Shown here: in pieces, positions 28,575-40,397 of the stretch | How positions within the stretch are numbered: the first letter of the stretch is position 1 | Layout: every line of letters begins with the position of its first letter | NCBI GenBank assembly: GCA_963765205.1 | Contig: CAVXVB010000004.1 | Span: 160,001-224,000 of the forward strand | Source: an uncultured Verrucomicrobiae bacterium | Lineage (GTDB): Bacteria; Verrucomicrobiota; Verrucomicrobiia; Opitutales; JABDGR01 | Length of the DNA: 64,000 nucleotides | Direction of reading: 5' to 3' | Program-made: the position numbers and the translations under genes | The notes under the pieces: model-generated | What the model was told of the DNA's origin: nothing | The model's input: the letters and a program-made list of their open reading frames with translations, nothing else | Databases searched by the model: none

Positions 28575-29480
28575 ATGCCTTTCGCCAGCCGCCTCACCTG
28601 GGCCGAACTCGACCCCGCCTACCTGCGCCAGCTCATCACCCTCGCGCGCGAAGAAGACCTCGCCGGCGCGGGCCTCGCCCGCGCCGTCACGCCCGGCGAT
28701 GTCACCACCGCCGCCCTGGTCGGCAATGCGCCCGCCTGCGCCGACTTCACCGCGCGCCAGCCCCTCACTGTCTGCGGGCTGCCGCTGCTCCCGCTCATCT
28801 TCGAAGGCTTCGGCCCCGGTTGCGTCGTTAAAAACGCGCCTGGCGTGCGCGACGGCCATGTTGCGGCGAAGGACGCAGTGCTCGCAACCGTGACTGGCCC
28901 CGCCGCCACGCTGCTGCAAGCCGAGCGCACGGCCCTCAACTTTTTCCAAAAACTCTCCGGTGTCGCCACGCAAACTGCGCGCCACGTTGCCGCCCTCGGC
29001 ACGAGCGCGACCAAGCTGCTCGACACGCGCAAGACCACGCCCGGCTTCCGCATGTTGGAAAAATACGCCGTCGCCACCGGTGGCGGCTGGAACCACCGGC
29101 TCGGCCTCTTCGACCGCGTGCTCATTAAGGACAACCACCTCGCCGCCGCCCACGCCACCGCTGGCGAGCGCCTCGCCGCCGCCGTCCGCCAGGCCCGCGT
29201 GCGCCACCCGAAACTCCTCATCGAATGCGAAGTGGACGCCCTCGCGCAAATCCCCCCCGTGCTCGAAGCCGGCGCGCACGTCGTGCTGCTCGACAACTTC
29301 GCGCCCGCCGATCTCGTCAAAGCCCTTGCCCTCATCGGCCGCCGCGCCGGCACCGAGGCGAGCGGCGGTGTGACCCTCGAATCCCTCCCCGAACTCGGCC
29401 GCCTCGGCCTCGATTTCATCTCCTGCGGCGCGCTCGTTCATCACGCGCCCTGGGCGGATATCGGGCTGGATTGGCGGTGA
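28575..29480 (+). CDS. nadC: Nicotinate-nucleotide diphosphorylase (carboxylating)
   Basis: AERTALNF, DTRKTTPG, HRLGLFD.VLIKDNH, LLDNF, EASGG. Confidence 0.95.
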   Translation: MPFASRLTWAELDPAYLRQLITLAREEDLAGAGLARAVTPGDVTTAALVGNAPACADFTARQPLTVCGLPLLPLIFEGFGPGCVVKNAPGVRDGHVAAKDAVLATVTGPAATLLQAERTALNFFQKLSGVATQTARHVAALGTSATKLLDTRKTTPGFRMLEKYAVATGGGWNHRLGLFDRVLIKDNHLAAAHATAGERLAAAVRQARVRHPKLLIECEVDALAQIPPVLEAGAHVVLLDNFAPADLVKALALIGRRAGTEASGGVTLESLPELGRLGLDFISCGALVHHAPWADIGLDWR

Positions 29481-29490
29481 GAGCGTCCAC

Positions 29491-30522
29491 TCAACTTGTC
29501 GGAAACGGGTTCCGTTCCGCGAACTGGGCCTGGTGCCAGTAGGGGTAGATGCGCTGTTTCGCGCTCGCGGCTTCGAGCGTGGCCATTTGCGCCGGGGTCA
29601 ATTTCCAGTCCGCCGCGGCGAGGTTTTGGCGCAACTGCTCTTCGGTGCGCGCGCCGATGATGACCGTGGCGACCGTGGGCCGCTGCAAAACCCAGTTGAT
29701 CGCGATTTGCGCCACGCTTTTGCCCGTTTCTTTCGCAACGGCGTCAAGCGCGTCCACCACGCCATAGACAAATTCATCTTCCGCCGGCGGCGCGATGCGC
29801 ACGGTCGTGGCGTCGTGCAAACGGCTGATTTTCGGCAGCGCCTGCCCGCGCCGCACCTTGCCGCCCAGCCGCCCGAAGCCGAGCGGACTCCACACCACCG
29901 CGCCGACGCCCTGGTCCAGCCCGAGGGGCAGCAACTCCCATTCGTATTCGCGCCCAATCAGCGAATAATATGCCTGGTGCGCGACGTAACGCGCCCACCC
30001 ATGCCGTTCCGAGGCCGCGAGCGACTTCATCAAGTGCCAGCCGGAAAAGTTCGAGCAGCCGATGTAGCGGATTTTCCCCGCGCGCACCAAATCGTCCAGC
30101 GCGCGGAGCACCTCCTCGACGGGCGTCAGCGCGTCAAAGCCGTGCAGTTGAAACAAGTCAATGTAGTCCGTGCCCAGACGGCGCAGCGCGGTGTCGCAGG
30201 CCTCGATCAGGTGGCTGCGGGACGAACCCACGTCGTTCGGGCCGCTCCCGCTGCGGAAGGTTGCCTTCGTGGAAATGATCACGCGATTGCGCCGGCCCTT
30301 GATGGCCCCGCCGAGCACCTCCTCCGCCGCGCCCGCGGAATAAATGTCCGCCGAATCGAACATGTTCACGCCCGCCTCGAGGCACAAATCCACAAACCGC
30401 GTGGCCTCCGGAATATCGGTGGTGCCCCATTGGTCGAACACCACTCCGCCGCCGAACGTCGCGGTGCCCAGGCACAACGACGGCACTTTTAATCCTGATT
30501 TTCCTAGTTGGCGGTATTCCAT
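29491..30522 (-). CDS. Aldo/keto reductase
   Basis: LGKSGLKV, FDSADIYS, LGTDYIDLFQLH, GKIRYIGCSN, WSPL. Confidence 0.93.
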   Translation of the reverse strand: MEYRQLGKSGLKVPSLCLGTATFGGGVVFDQWGTTDIPEATRFVDLCLEAGVNMFDSADIYSAGAAEEVLGGAIKGRRNRVIISTKATFRSGSGPNDVGSSRSHLIEACDTALRRLGTDYIDLFQLHGFDALTPVEEVLRALDDLVRAGKIRYIGCSNFSGWHLMKSLAASERHGWARYVAHQAYYSLIGREYEWELLPLGLDQGVGAVVWSPLGFGRLGGKVRRGQALPKISRLHDATTVRIAPPAEDEFVYGVVDALDAVAKETGKSVAQIAINWVLQRPTVATVIIGARTEEQLRQNLAAADWKLTPAQMATLEAASAKQRIYPYWHQAQFAERNPFPTS

Positions 30523-30560
30523 GGAGATAGGGAGTTAGGGTGAACTGGTTGGGCGCAACC

Positions 30561-32063
<1,503 letters not shown>

Positions 32064-32143
32064 GATGGAAATATGGAAAAAGGAACGGTTAGCCTAAACC
32101 CCAATCCCGCCCGCCAAAAGCATAAAATGCGGCGAACCCGTCC

Positions 32144-32509
32144 CTACTTTTGTGTCCGGCGGATGCGCGCGGAGAACTCCGCGAAGTCGAAGGCGACGGG
32201 CGGATGGGGCTTGATGACTTCGACTTCGACCGCCTCGACGCGTGGGAAGGCGCCGAGCAAGTCCGCAGCAATGGCTTCGGCAAGCGCCTCGGCAAGCTGG
32301 CGACGCGGACCGTCCATGACCTGGCGCACGACGGTGTAAACCTGCTGGTAATCCACGGTGAGCGCGAGGTCGTCGGCCCGCCCAGCTTCGGCGAGGGGAA
32401 ATTCGAGCCGGACGGTCACTTCGAAAGTCTGGCCGTGGGCCGTTTCGGCGGGGAGCACGCCGTGGCGGGCGAAAAAGCGCAGGCGGGTGAGGGTGAGGGC
32501 GTCGGACAT
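32144..32509 (-). CDS. folB: Dihydroneopterin aldolase
   Basis: FFARHGVLPAE...GQ.F...DDLALTVDY...LAEALAE...KP. Confidence 0.92.
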   Translation of the reverse strand: MSDALTLTRLRFFARHGVLPAETAHGQTFEVTVRLEFPLAEAGRADDLALTVDYQQVYTVVRQVMDGPRRQLAEALAEAIAADLLGAFPRVEAVEVEVIKPHPPVAFDFAEFSARIRRTQK

Positions 32510-32513
32510 GAAG

Positions 32514-32632
32514 AAGGGACATAGGGACAAAGGCACAAAGGGACAAAGGAAAAAGCGACCGGCAGGTGACTATTCGCTTGTGCGTGTCTGCCTAACTCTG
32601 TCCCTTTGTGCCTTTGTCCCTCTGCCCCTCGC
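32514..32632. repeat. Inverted octamer-array element overlapping the folP 3' end
   Basis: AGGGACAT AGGGACAA AGGCACAA AGGGACAA ... CTCTGTCC CTTTGTGC CTTTGTCC CTCTGCCC. Confidence 0.85.
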
Positions 32633-33509
32633 TCCACTCCAAGCCCGCCTTCACTGCGTCTGCCATCGTGATAAACCGCCGCAACGGTGCAATTTCATGC
32701 ACGCGCACCATGGCGCAGCCTTGTTGGATGCCCCAGACCAGCGTCGCGGCCGTGCCTTCAAGGCGGTCGTGCGCGGGCGCGCCGCCGAGGACTTTGCCGA
32801 GCGTGGATTTGCGCGACGTGCCGAGCAGCACCGGATACCCGAGTGCCACCATCCAGTGGAGATTTTTCAAGACTTCCAGATTTTGCGCGGCGTCCTTGGC
32901 AAAGCCAAAACCCGGATCGAGCCAGATTTGGCGGCTCGGCACGCCGGCAGCTTGCGCGAGCGCGAGGCTGAATTGCAAATCGCCCAGCACGCCGGCCCAA
33001 AAGTCCGTGTAATTCCGATCCGGCCGGTTGTGCATCAAAATTATCGGGCAACCCAATTGGGCCACGGTTTCCGCCATCGGCGAGCGCGGCGGGGGCGTGG
33101 CGCGGCGTTGCGCAGCGCTGCAGCCGTGCGCGCCGCCCCAGACGTCGTTGACGATGTCGGCCCCGGCGCGAATGGCCGCCTCGGCGACTTCGGCTTTGTA
33201 AGTGTCAATCGAGATGGGCGCGTCTGGGAATTTTTTCCGCAGCGCGGCGAGCGCCGGGAGTACGCGGGCGAGTTCAGTTTTGGTGTCAACCGGCGCGGCG
33301 TCGGGCCGGGTGGACTCCGCGCCGAGGTCGAGGACGTCCGCGCCTTCGGCGAGCAGGGCGCGCGCGTGTTCGACGAGGGCCGCGGTTGTGGTAAATTGGC
33401 CGCCGTCGGAAAAGGAATCGGGCGTGACATTGAGGACGCCCATGACGAGCGTGTGCCCGCCCGGCGCGGGCAGCGGGCGGCCATGGGGGCTGGTCCAGGA
33501 GGGGAGCAC
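32592..33509 (-). CDS. folP: Dihydropteroate synthase
   Basis: MGVLNVTPDSFSDGG, GAESTRP, SIDT, DPGFGFAK, GTSRKS, VRVH. Confidence 0.96.
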   Translation of the reverse strand: MLPSWTSPHGRPLPAPGGHTLVMGVLNVTPDSFSDGGQFTTTAALVEHARALLAEGADVLDLGAESTRPDAAPVDTKTELARVLPALAALRKKFPDAPISIDTYKAEVAEAAIRAGADIVNDVWGGAHGCSAAQRRATPPPRSPMAETVAQLGCPIILMHNRPDRNYTDFWAGVLGDLQFSLALAQAAGVPSRQIWLDPGFGFAKDAAQNLEVLKNLHWMVALGYPVLLGTSRKSTLGKVLGGAPAHDRLEGTAATLVWGIQQGCAMVRVHEIAPLRRFITMADAVKAGLEWSEGQRDKGTKGQS

Positions 33510-33513
33510 AAAG

Positions 33514-33670
33514 AAAGTGTGGAGTGTGGAGTGTGGAGTGTGGAATGTGAAGTGCGGAGTGAACAGCGTGAATTTCCAATGTGGAAAATCGTCTCCGAAC
33601 TACCTGCGCTCCTTCGCGCACCGGGGCCAGACGGCCTTCTCTGTCGCTCCACACTTCACGTTCCACACTT
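33514..33670. repeat. Inverted heptamer-array element (GAGTGTG ... CACACTT)
   Basis: AAGTGTG GAGTGTG GAGTGTG GAGTGTG GAATGTG AAGTGCG ... CACACTT CACGTTC CACACTT. Confidence 0.88.
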
Positions 33671-33675
33671 TGTTT

Positions 33676-34374
33676 TCACTCCGCCGGCTTGTAACGGTAG
33701 CCGACGCCGTGGACGGTAAGGAGGACGCCTTCGTCGGGATCAATTTTTTTGCGGAGTTGCGCGATGTGCTGGTCGAGTGTGCGGGTGGTGCCGAGGTAAT
33801 CAATGCCCCAGGCCTGGTCGAGGAGATATTGGCGCGAGAGGGCTTCGTTGGGTTTGTGGAGGAAAAGCTCGATGAGTTTGAGTTCGCGGGGCGTGAGCGT
33901 GGCCACCTGGCCACCGATGTCGGCCTCAAATTGTTTCGTGCGGATGAGGGCGCGGCCAAACTTGAATTCGTCCGGCAGGGGCGCGGGCGCGCCTTCACCG
34001 CCGACGTGCGCGCGGCGGAGCGCGGCGGCCACGCGCGCAAGGAGCTCGCGCACGCCAAAGGGTTTGGTGACGTAGTCGTCCGCGCCCAATTCGAGGCCGA
34101 CCACCTTGTCAATTTCCTGGCTCTTGGCGGTGAGGATGAGCACGGGGATCTGCGGGTCGCGCTTGCGGATTTCGCGGCACACATCGTAGCCGCTCATCTC
34201 CGGCATCATCAGGTCGAGCAGCACGAGGTCGTATTTGTTTTGCTTGAAGAGTTTGAGGCCCTCGGTGCCGTTTTGGGCGTCGGTGACTTCGTAGCCCTCG
34301 CTTTCGAGAATGTCCACGACGCCGCGGCGGATGTTGGCGTCGTCCTCGACGACGAGCAGGTGGCGGTTCTTCAT
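33676..34374 (-). CDS. OmpR-family response regulator (no adjacent kinase)
   Basis: VVEDD, LLDLMMP, LTAK, GADDYVTKPF, wHTH TRTLDQHIAQLRKK. Confidence 0.93.
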   Translation of the reverse strand: MKNRHLLVVEDDANIRRGVVDILESEGYEVTDAQNGTEGLKLFKQNKYDLVLLDLMMPEMSGYDVCREIRKRDPQIPVLILTAKSQEIDKVVGLELGADDYVTKPFGVRELLARVAAALRRAHVGGEGAPAPLPDEFKFGRALIRTKQFEADIGGQVATLTPRELKLIELFLHKPNEALSRQYLLDQAWGIDYLGTTRTLDQHIAQLRKKIDPDEGVLLTVHGVGYRYKPAE

Positions 34375-34495
34375 GGCCGGGACGATAGGGGGAAAATGTC
34401 GGTTTGAAAAGGATGAAGGAGAAGGCGGAATAAGGGTCGTTCCATCCCCGCCCGGGCGTGGCCAAGTCTGGACATCCGGTCTTCCGCAATCCAAT

Positions 34496-35677
34496 TTAAA
34501 TCGGCCATTCGCGGAGGATATGGGTGAAGAGCCGAACCCCCAGCAGCAGGGCTTTTTCGTCCAGATTAAAGGTGCTGGTATGCAGCGGAGTGACTTTTTT
34601 CCCGGAGGATTTGACGCCGAGCAGCATCATGCAGGCGGGCACCGGGTAATCCGCGAAGTCCTCGGCCCCCATGCTCGGGCGGCGATCCGTCTCCACGCGC
34701 AATGGCCCAAAAAGCGCCCGGGCCGCCTGGAGGCAAATACTGGTGACGGCGGGATTGTTGACCACTCCGCGCAACAAGCGGTCGAAAACGGGGGCGATGG
34801 CCGCCCGAAAAGCGCGGGCGGTGCCGGCACACAGCCGTTCAATGGTCGCGCGCGCATGGTCGGACACGGCCTGGTCGAACGACCGAATGGTGCCCTTCAG
34901 GACCACGGTATCCGGGATGATGTTCGGCGCCTGCCCCCCCTGAATCATGCCAATGGTCACCACGACCGGATCGCGGGCATCGGTCTGGCGCGGAACGGCC
35001 TGATAAATCATGGTGACGAGTTGGGCGGCCACCGCAATGGGGTCAACCGTGTTGTGCGGGCGCGCGCCATGCCCGCCCTTCCCCCGCACTTCAATGACAA
35101 AGTCCTGACAGAAAGCGGACTGCGGCCCCGGCGTGATGCTGACGCGGCCCACCGGCAAATTCGGATCCACGTGAAGCGCAAGTATGGCTTGCACGCCCTG
35201 GACCGCGCCCTGGGCCACCATCTCGCTGGCTCCGCAGCCAGTCTCCTCCGCCGGCTGAAAAATACTCCGCCAGGAAACGGACAACGGCCCCGCCCGGTGG
35301 AGCGCCAGCGTGGCGCCGAGCAAAATGGTGGAATGGGCGTCATGGCCGCAGGCGTGCATCACGCCTTTATTTTTCGAGCGGTAGGCAACCGGGTTTGTTT
35401 CGGTAATCGGCAGGGCGTCAACATCGGCCCGCAAGGCAATGACCGGCGATTTTGCGCCAGTTCCGGGCACCACGTCGGTGATGATACCCCTTTTCCCGGC
35501 GCCCAACTTATACGGGATTTTTGCCCCGGCCAGTTGTTTGGCCAAATACGCCGTGGTTGCGTATTCCGCCCCGCTTAATTCGGGATGCTGGTGAAGGTGG
35601 CGGCGAATGACGGGCAATTGCTGCGCCAAGCGGTCAATCTCGGCGGCGACGCGGAGCGCTGGGGTGGTTGAGGCCAT
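34496..35677 (-). CDS. M20D amidohydrolase
   Basis: RRHLHQHPELS, RADVDALP, MHACGHD, FQPAEE, GAEDF. Confidence 0.92.
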   Translation of the reverse strand: MASTTPALRVAAEIDRLAQQLPVIRRHLHQHPELSGAEYATTAYLAKQLAGAKIPYKLGAGKRGIITDVVPGTGAKSPVIALRADVDALPITETNPVAYRSKNKGVMHACGHDAHSTILLGATLALHRAGPLSVSWRSIFQPAEETGCGASEMVAQGAVQGVQAILALHVDPNLPVGRVSITPGPQSAFCQDFVIEVRGKGGHGARPHNTVDPIAVAAQLVTMIYQAVPRQTDARDPVVVTIGMIQGGQAPNIIPDTVVLKGTIRSFDQAVSDHARATIERLCAGTARAFRAAIAPVFDRLLRGVVNNPAVTSICLQAARALFGPLRVETDRRPSMGAEDFADYPVPACMMLLGVKSSGKKVTPLHTSTFNLDEKALLLGVRLFTHILREWPI

Positions 35678-35725
35678 TGAAAGATTAGTAAAGGGGGGCG
35701 GATTGCGGTAAATCACAGACTATCA

Positions 35726-36625
35726 CTAATAGAACCGCACGGTCGGAGTGCCGTCGAGCCGTTTGGACAAATCAATCGGGTCGCCCACGGACACTTGTTG
35801 GGGATTCACTTGATAAGCCCAGACCTGAAAATAGGTCAAGTTAGCCTCGCCGTAGATCGTCGCAAACGCACCATCCACGGCGTCCGCCCCGTGCGCGATT
35901 TTGACCCGGCCAATGCGCTGGACGTTATACCGCGCGTCGAAGGTGAGCCATTCCTGGCCGAGATGGACTTCGCAATAGGCGTGAAAGTCCATGGCCGAGC
36001 CTGGATCAGGGTAGCCGATGTCCGGCAGGTGTCCAGTCACGTAGCGGGCGGGCAAATTAAAGGCCCGGCACAGCGCGATGACCGCATGGGCGAAATCGCG
36101 GCAGACGCCATAACGCCGGAAAATGACCTCGGAGGCGGACAGGTCGGGCCGGCCGGACATATGACGGTATTCAATGTTGTCATGCACCCAGTCGCAAATC
36201 GCTTGCACGCGCGCGAGGCCGTGCGGGACCTGCCCGAATTGATTCCAGGCAAAATTCAGCAGCTTGTCGGAATCGCAATACCGGCTCGGCAGCGTATAGC
36301 GCAATAGCTCAAACGGCAGTTGACCCACGGGCACGATCGAACCCAGGATTTCCCGGCTGTCCGGCACCGACGAAACCGCGACCAGCGCATCATGCCGGAT
36401 TTCGTTGCGCCCCGGCCGGAACATCGAGCGGTAGGTAATGTTGCCGTGCGAGTCCTGAAACTCATACGCAGGCTGCGCGATGCCGAACGAAAGTTGCTCC
36501 TGCATGACAAACACCCGGCCTTCGAGCCGCGGCTTGAGCACAAACAGCACGGGCGTCGGCACAGTGGTGTCGTAAGCGAGCTGGCAGCCGACGCGGACGG
36601 TGAGATTCAGCGGAGTCCAATCCAT
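35726..36625 (-). CDS. Transglutaminase-like protein
   Basis: PSRYCDSD, GVCRDFAH, DFHAYCEV, FDA catalytic triad. Confidence 0.9.
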   Translation of the reverse strand: MDWTPLNLTVRVGCQLAYDTTVPTPVLFVLKPRLEGRVFVMQEQLSFGIAQPAYEFQDSHGNITYRSMFRPGRNEIRHDALVAVSSVPDSREILGSIVPVGQLPFELLRYTLPSRYCDSDKLLNFAWNQFGQVPHGLARVQAICDWVHDNIEYRHMSGRPDLSASEVIFRRYGVCRDFAHAVIALCRAFNLPARYVTGHLPDIGYPDPGSAMDFHAYCEVHLGQEWLTFDARYNVQRIGRVKIAHGADAVDGAFATIYGEANLTYFQVWAYQVNPQQVSVGDPIDLSKRLDGTPTVRFY

Positions 36626-36813
36626 GGGTCACGGGGAGTTTGAACTCTGGATGCAAATTTCAAAACAAAAGATACAGGCCTCACCATGTGCCACGCGGGA
36701 ACAAAAGGCAAGCGGCAACCGACCTGGCGCCGAGAGGGAGGCGGCGGTGCGGGATGGGCTGGAGTCTTCACCCCAGCCGACTTCGGCGGCGGTTTAAATT
36801 TTTTATGAAATTT

Positions 36814-36829
36814 TTGGGCCGTCGCTTGC
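36814..36829 (+). promoter_or_regulatory. Possible sigma54 promoter for the DUF1328 gene
   Basis: TTGGGCCGTCGCTTGC = GG-N10-GC ending TTGC; -24 core imperfect. Confidence 0.3.
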
Positions 36830-36895
36830 GGAATTACAGATCGAGGATTATGTTTGGTCAATTAACAAGAACAGCAACCTCAACCCACTCTAACT

Positions 36896-37063
36896 ATGCT
36901 TCGCTACACCCTGGCATTTCTCTTAATCGCCATTCTCGCCGGCCTCCTGGGTTTCTGGGCCATCTCGGGGATCGCCGCAGCCATCGCCAAAGTTTTGTTC
37001 CTGATCTTCCTGGTGCTCTTCATTTGCACCTTGATCTTTCGGCGTTCGCCGCCAGCCGTCTGA
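36896..37063 (+). CDS. DUF1328 (UPF0391/YtjA-like) small membrane protein
   Basis: Manual translation, below the ORF-track cutoff: MLRYTLAFLLIAILAGLLGFWAISGIAAAIAKVLFLIFLVLFICTLIFRRSPPAV. Confidence 0.9.
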   Translation: MLRYTLAFLLIAILAGLLGFWAISGIAAAIAKVLFLIFLVLFICTLIFRRSPPAV

Positions 37064-37129
37064 GGAGGGAATAACTCAAGGCCGGTCGTTTGTCTGCCGC
37101 CGCTTGGCCCGGCGGGGGGTGGGTGGCTG

Positions 37130-39253
37130 TTAGTGCCAGCCCATTCCGCGCCAGCGGCGCCAGTAAAGAAATGCGATCAGGGCCAGGATGAGGGCGACCA
37201 AGCCATACAGCAACCAGGGGGTTTTCTTCTCGGCGAAGGGGTCGGTCAGGCCGCGTTCGGAGCCGGGCGGCAGTTGCGGCAGGTCGGTGAGCGAGCGGCC
37301 GAAGGGAATGTTCATCTTGGCGACGTTGTTGATGGCCCAGCCGTTGGCGTCGAGGATGGGGCCGAGGTTGCGTTTGCGCAATTTAACCGCGGCCATCCCC
37401 ATCGAGGGCAGCGAGATGGCTAGGCCGACGCCAATAATAATGAGTGGGATTTCCCACCACGGTTGCCCCAACAGCGTCGAGATCCAGGTGCCGACCGCGC
37501 CGACAAAGGAGGTGAGGACCAGGCCGATGACGGCGATCGTGCCGGGGTCAATTTTGGTGGGGGGCGGCGCGGGCGGGGGGGCATTTTCCAAATTCGTGGC
37601 GGCTTGCGCGGCGGCCGCGGCGGCTTTTTGCTGCGCGGCGGCGTCCAGCGCGGCGGCGCGCTGGGCGATCTGGTTTTCGATCAGGCGTGAGATTTTTTTG
37701 TAGGGCGTCCAGAAGGCCTGCCGGATGCTGATGGGGTTCGAGACGATTTTGGCAATCGTGGCATCCCAATCCCGGCCCTGGCGGTCGTAGAAGACGCCGT
37801 TGCGGCCCACGATGAGGTTGTCGGAGTCGCCGTCGGTAAAGATGGCCACAATCTGGCGCTTGAGGCCTCCGGGGCGCGCGAGGTCGCAATAAGCGAGGAA
37901 CGCGCCGGAGAGGTGCGCGAGCAACGCATGGCGGTCAGGGTCGGTCACATCCAAGCAAAGGTTGCACGCGCGGTTGTCGAGAAAAAGCGTGCCGGATTGG
38001 AAGACCGCGCCGGTGCGGCCGTAGAAATCCGCAAAGTTCACAAAATTGGTCAGGAGTTTGTGCAAGTCTTTCTGAAAGCGCAGGAGTTTCTCAACCCCCG
38101 CGAATTGGTCGAATTCACCCGCCAGGGCGGCGTCCTGCTTGATCAGTTCGGCGAGGCGGCCTTGCGCGTCGCAAGCAAGCAACTCGCGCAAGCGGGGCAG
38201 GCCGAGGGTTTCAATGGTGGTCACGGGTTTACCAGCGAGCCACTCGCCAAAGGGGGCGAGTTTGCCTTGGAGCGCAGCCCAGTCCGCTTCAGTGAGGCTG
38301 GATTTTCCCGGCCCGAGCAAGGGCGTGACGGCATCGGTAGAAAGCATGGCGAGCGCAGCCGCCCAAGCGGGGTTCACCGCGCCGGCGAGCGGCAGCGGTT
38401 GGTTCGCGGCGGCTTTGGCCAGGGGCAGGTCGGCGACTTCCTGCGCGGTGATCGAAAGGCTCTGGTCTGCGATGGCGAGATAATCGCTTTCCTCGGGATT
38501 CAGCGCCGCGAGCGACCGCTCATCATACGCCGCAAGGCGGCAGCGCCCGAAATAGTCGTTCACTTTGGCCTGCACCGCCTTCACGGCGAGGGCGGCGCGC
38601 GTGGTGCCGTCGAGGCCGAGCGGGGTCAGCGCGCGGTCGGCTTCGCCCTTTGCGGCCCAGTTGGAGAGCGTGCGGGCCTCGGCGAAAAACTGGTCGAGCC
38701 GAGCCTGATCAAGACCGGGCTGGCCGCTGCGGTCGGCGACCGGGCCAAGGGTCGCAATGATGTCCGTAATGGCCTGTTGGTCGGCGGGGCTGTCTGCGGT
38801 GGCGGCGATGATAACGCCGTCACCATTGAAGCGCGTCTCGGCAAAAATTTTGACGGTGTCCGAGACTTCGGCAAGGGAGATGGAGATCGCGCCGGATTTT
38901 TTGAGGCTGTGGAGGATGCGTTGCGCGCCGGCGAGCAGGTTGGGGTCCTTGATCGCCGCAAGGGCCACGGAGTCGCCGCCGCGCAGCAGGTCACCGGGGT
39001 CTTTGAGTGCACCGGCAATCCAGTCGAGGGCGGCGAGGACTTCGGGCGGGCGGATGCGGCCATCTTTGTCGGTGTCTATGAGGTCGGCCGTGCGCGGGTC
39101 GAACTCAATGCCGCGCGTGGGCATGGCGAGCGTCATCCACAGCTTTTGGTCCAGCTCCGCGAGATGGGTCAGGTCCGCCCCATTGCGGAAAGTGACCTGG
39201 TCCACCCCGCCGACGCGGAAAAATTGCCAGCCATGCGAAGAAGGTGCATTCAT
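37130..39253 (-). CDS. Hypothetical protein with EF-hand-like loop and C-terminal TM helices
   Basis: WQFFRVGGVDQV...DTDKDGRI...GRNGVFYDRQGRDWDA...RNLGPILDANGWAIN; ATG at 39253. Confidence 0.8.
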   Translation of the reverse strand: MNAPSSHGWQFFRVGGVDQVTFRNGADLTHLAELDQKLWMTLAMPTRGIEFDPRTADLIDTDKDGRIRPPEVLAALDWIAGALKDPGDLLRGGDSVALAAIKDPNLLAGAQRILHSLKKSGAISISLAEVSDTVKIFAETRFNGDGVIIAATADSPADQQAITDIIATLGPVADRSGQPGLDQARLDQFFAEARTLSNWAAKGEADRALTPLGLDGTTRAALAVKAVQAKVNDYFGRCRLAAYDERSLAALNPEESDYLAIADQSLSITAQEVADLPLAKAAANQPLPLAGAVNPAWAAALAMLSTDAVTPLLGPGKSSLTEADWAALQGKLAPFGEWLAGKPVTTIETLGLPRLRELLACDAQGRLAELIKQDAALAGEFDQFAGVEKLLRFQKDLHKLLTNFVNFADFYGRTGAVFQSGTLFLDNRACNLCLDVTDPDRHALLAHLSGAFLAYCDLARPGGLKRQIVAIFTDGDSDNLIVGRNGVFYDRQGRDWDATIAKIVSNPISIRQAFWTPYKKISRLIENQIAQRAAALDAAAQQKAAAAAAQAATNLENAPPPAPPPTKIDPGTIAVIGLVLTSFVGAVGTWISTLLGQPWWEIPLIIIGVGLAISLPSMGMAAVKLRKRNLGPILDANGWAINNVAKMNIPFGRSLTDLPQLPPGSERGLTDPFAEKKTPWLLYGLVALILALIAFLYWRRWRGMGWH

Positions 39254-39270
39254 GAGCCGCAGCGAAGACA

Positions 39271-39421
39271 GAGTGCTAAATTTCGGAATTCGGATTGCTG
39301 AATGCTCCAACCAAATTGACGCTGAAGCACGATTCTTGAATATCCAGCAATCAGCATTCAGCAATCAGAAATTTTCCGCCCTCGCTCCGCTTGCGCGCTC
39401 CGCACTTCGAATTCCGCATTT
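39271..39421. repeat. Inverted heptamer-array element after the lexA stop
   Basis: GAGTGCT...GAATTCG GATTGCT GAATGCT ... CAGCAAT CAGCATT CAGCAAT ... CCGCACT TCGAATT CCGCATT. Confidence 0.8.
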
Positions 39422-39422
39422 C

Positions 39423-40055
39423 CTACAGGCTCCTCACGACCGCCTTGGCCACGCCCTGAATAATCAAGTCGGCCACCGGGTGGAGGTTCGGGTATTTCGG
39501 GTTCTCGGCCTTGAGAAAGGGGTGGCGGCCAGGCTTTTGGATGAAGCGCTTGAGCGTCGTTTCGCCGTCAATCAGCGCCGCCACGATGTCGCCATCCTTG
39601 GCCGGGCCGTGCTCAAATATCACCACATCACCGTCGTTGATCGCGGCGTCTATCATGCTGTCGCCGCGCACCTTGAGGGCGAAGGCGCGGCGGGCGCGGC
39701 GGATGCCGGCGGTGTGCACGTCAATTTGCAGGCGCCCGATTTCGCCGCCCGGCTCGACGCCGTCCGGGTAGCCGGCGGCGATGTTGCCATAAACCGGAAT
39801 GTCCACGACATCAAAGGCGCTCGGCGGCGCGGCGCTGTCCGGGTCGTGGGTGACGCGGAAGGCGCGGGCCTGGCCAGCGACGCGCGAGATGGCGCCCTTG
39901 CGCTCCAGCGCGCGCAGGTGGCCCATGACCGCGTTGGTGCTGGCGAACTTGAAATGCGCCTGGATGTCGCGGATGCTGGGCCAGTAGCCCTGCTCCCGGT
40001 TGTGGAGCTGGATGAACCCCAAAATTTCCTGCTGCCGGAGGGTGAGGTCTTTCAT
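39423..40055 (-). CDS. lexA: LexA repressor
   Basis: LTLRQQEIL, PSIRDI, IAAG cleavage site, GDSM catalytic Ser, TLKR catalytic Lys. Confidence 0.95.
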   Translation of the reverse strand: MKDLTLRQQEILGFIQLHNREQGYWPSIRDIQAHFKFASTNAVMGHLRALERKGAISRVAGQARAFRVTHDPDSAAPPSAFDVVDIPVYGNIAAGYPDGVEPGGEIGRLQIDVHTAGIRRARRAFALKVRGDSMIDAAINDGDVVIFEHGPAKDGDIVAALIDGETTLKRFIQKPGRHPFLKAENPKYPNLHPVADLIIQGVAKAVVRSL

Positions 40056-40397
40056 GATGCCCAAACGTATAGGGTGCGGACGTTCACGTCAAGCGGGAAT
40101 TTTTACGTGAAAAGGCGATATGCTGTTCCAGCAACCGGTTTTGTTGCTTTAAGGCAAGAGACGGTTGCAGACGAAAAAAACACTTAGCGCCCTGGAACAT
40201 TCCAATTTTCGACCGAATTTCGTGGGACAATAAACTCATCCTTTGGACTCGACACCCGGAGGCGTTTACCGCCGATCTTTTTAACTGTTATGGACTGCTG
40301 CTTGTCAGCCGATAAGCGACAAAACGATTCGAGCGCAGCGAAATTTTGGGATAGCCTCCGGGATATGTCATTGGCATTCTTTAACGTCACCCCGCCC

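Noticed and set aside
33514..33670. Repeat arrays as CRISPR
   Set aside because: Units are 7-9 bp, tandem, without unique spacers between copies; no cas genes.
40056..40140. LexA box upstream of lexA
   Set aside because: No TGTTC-N4-GAACA match; GAAC-GTCC-GCAC is too degenerate to call. GAACATACGTTC at 786-797 is a lone match that may be chance.
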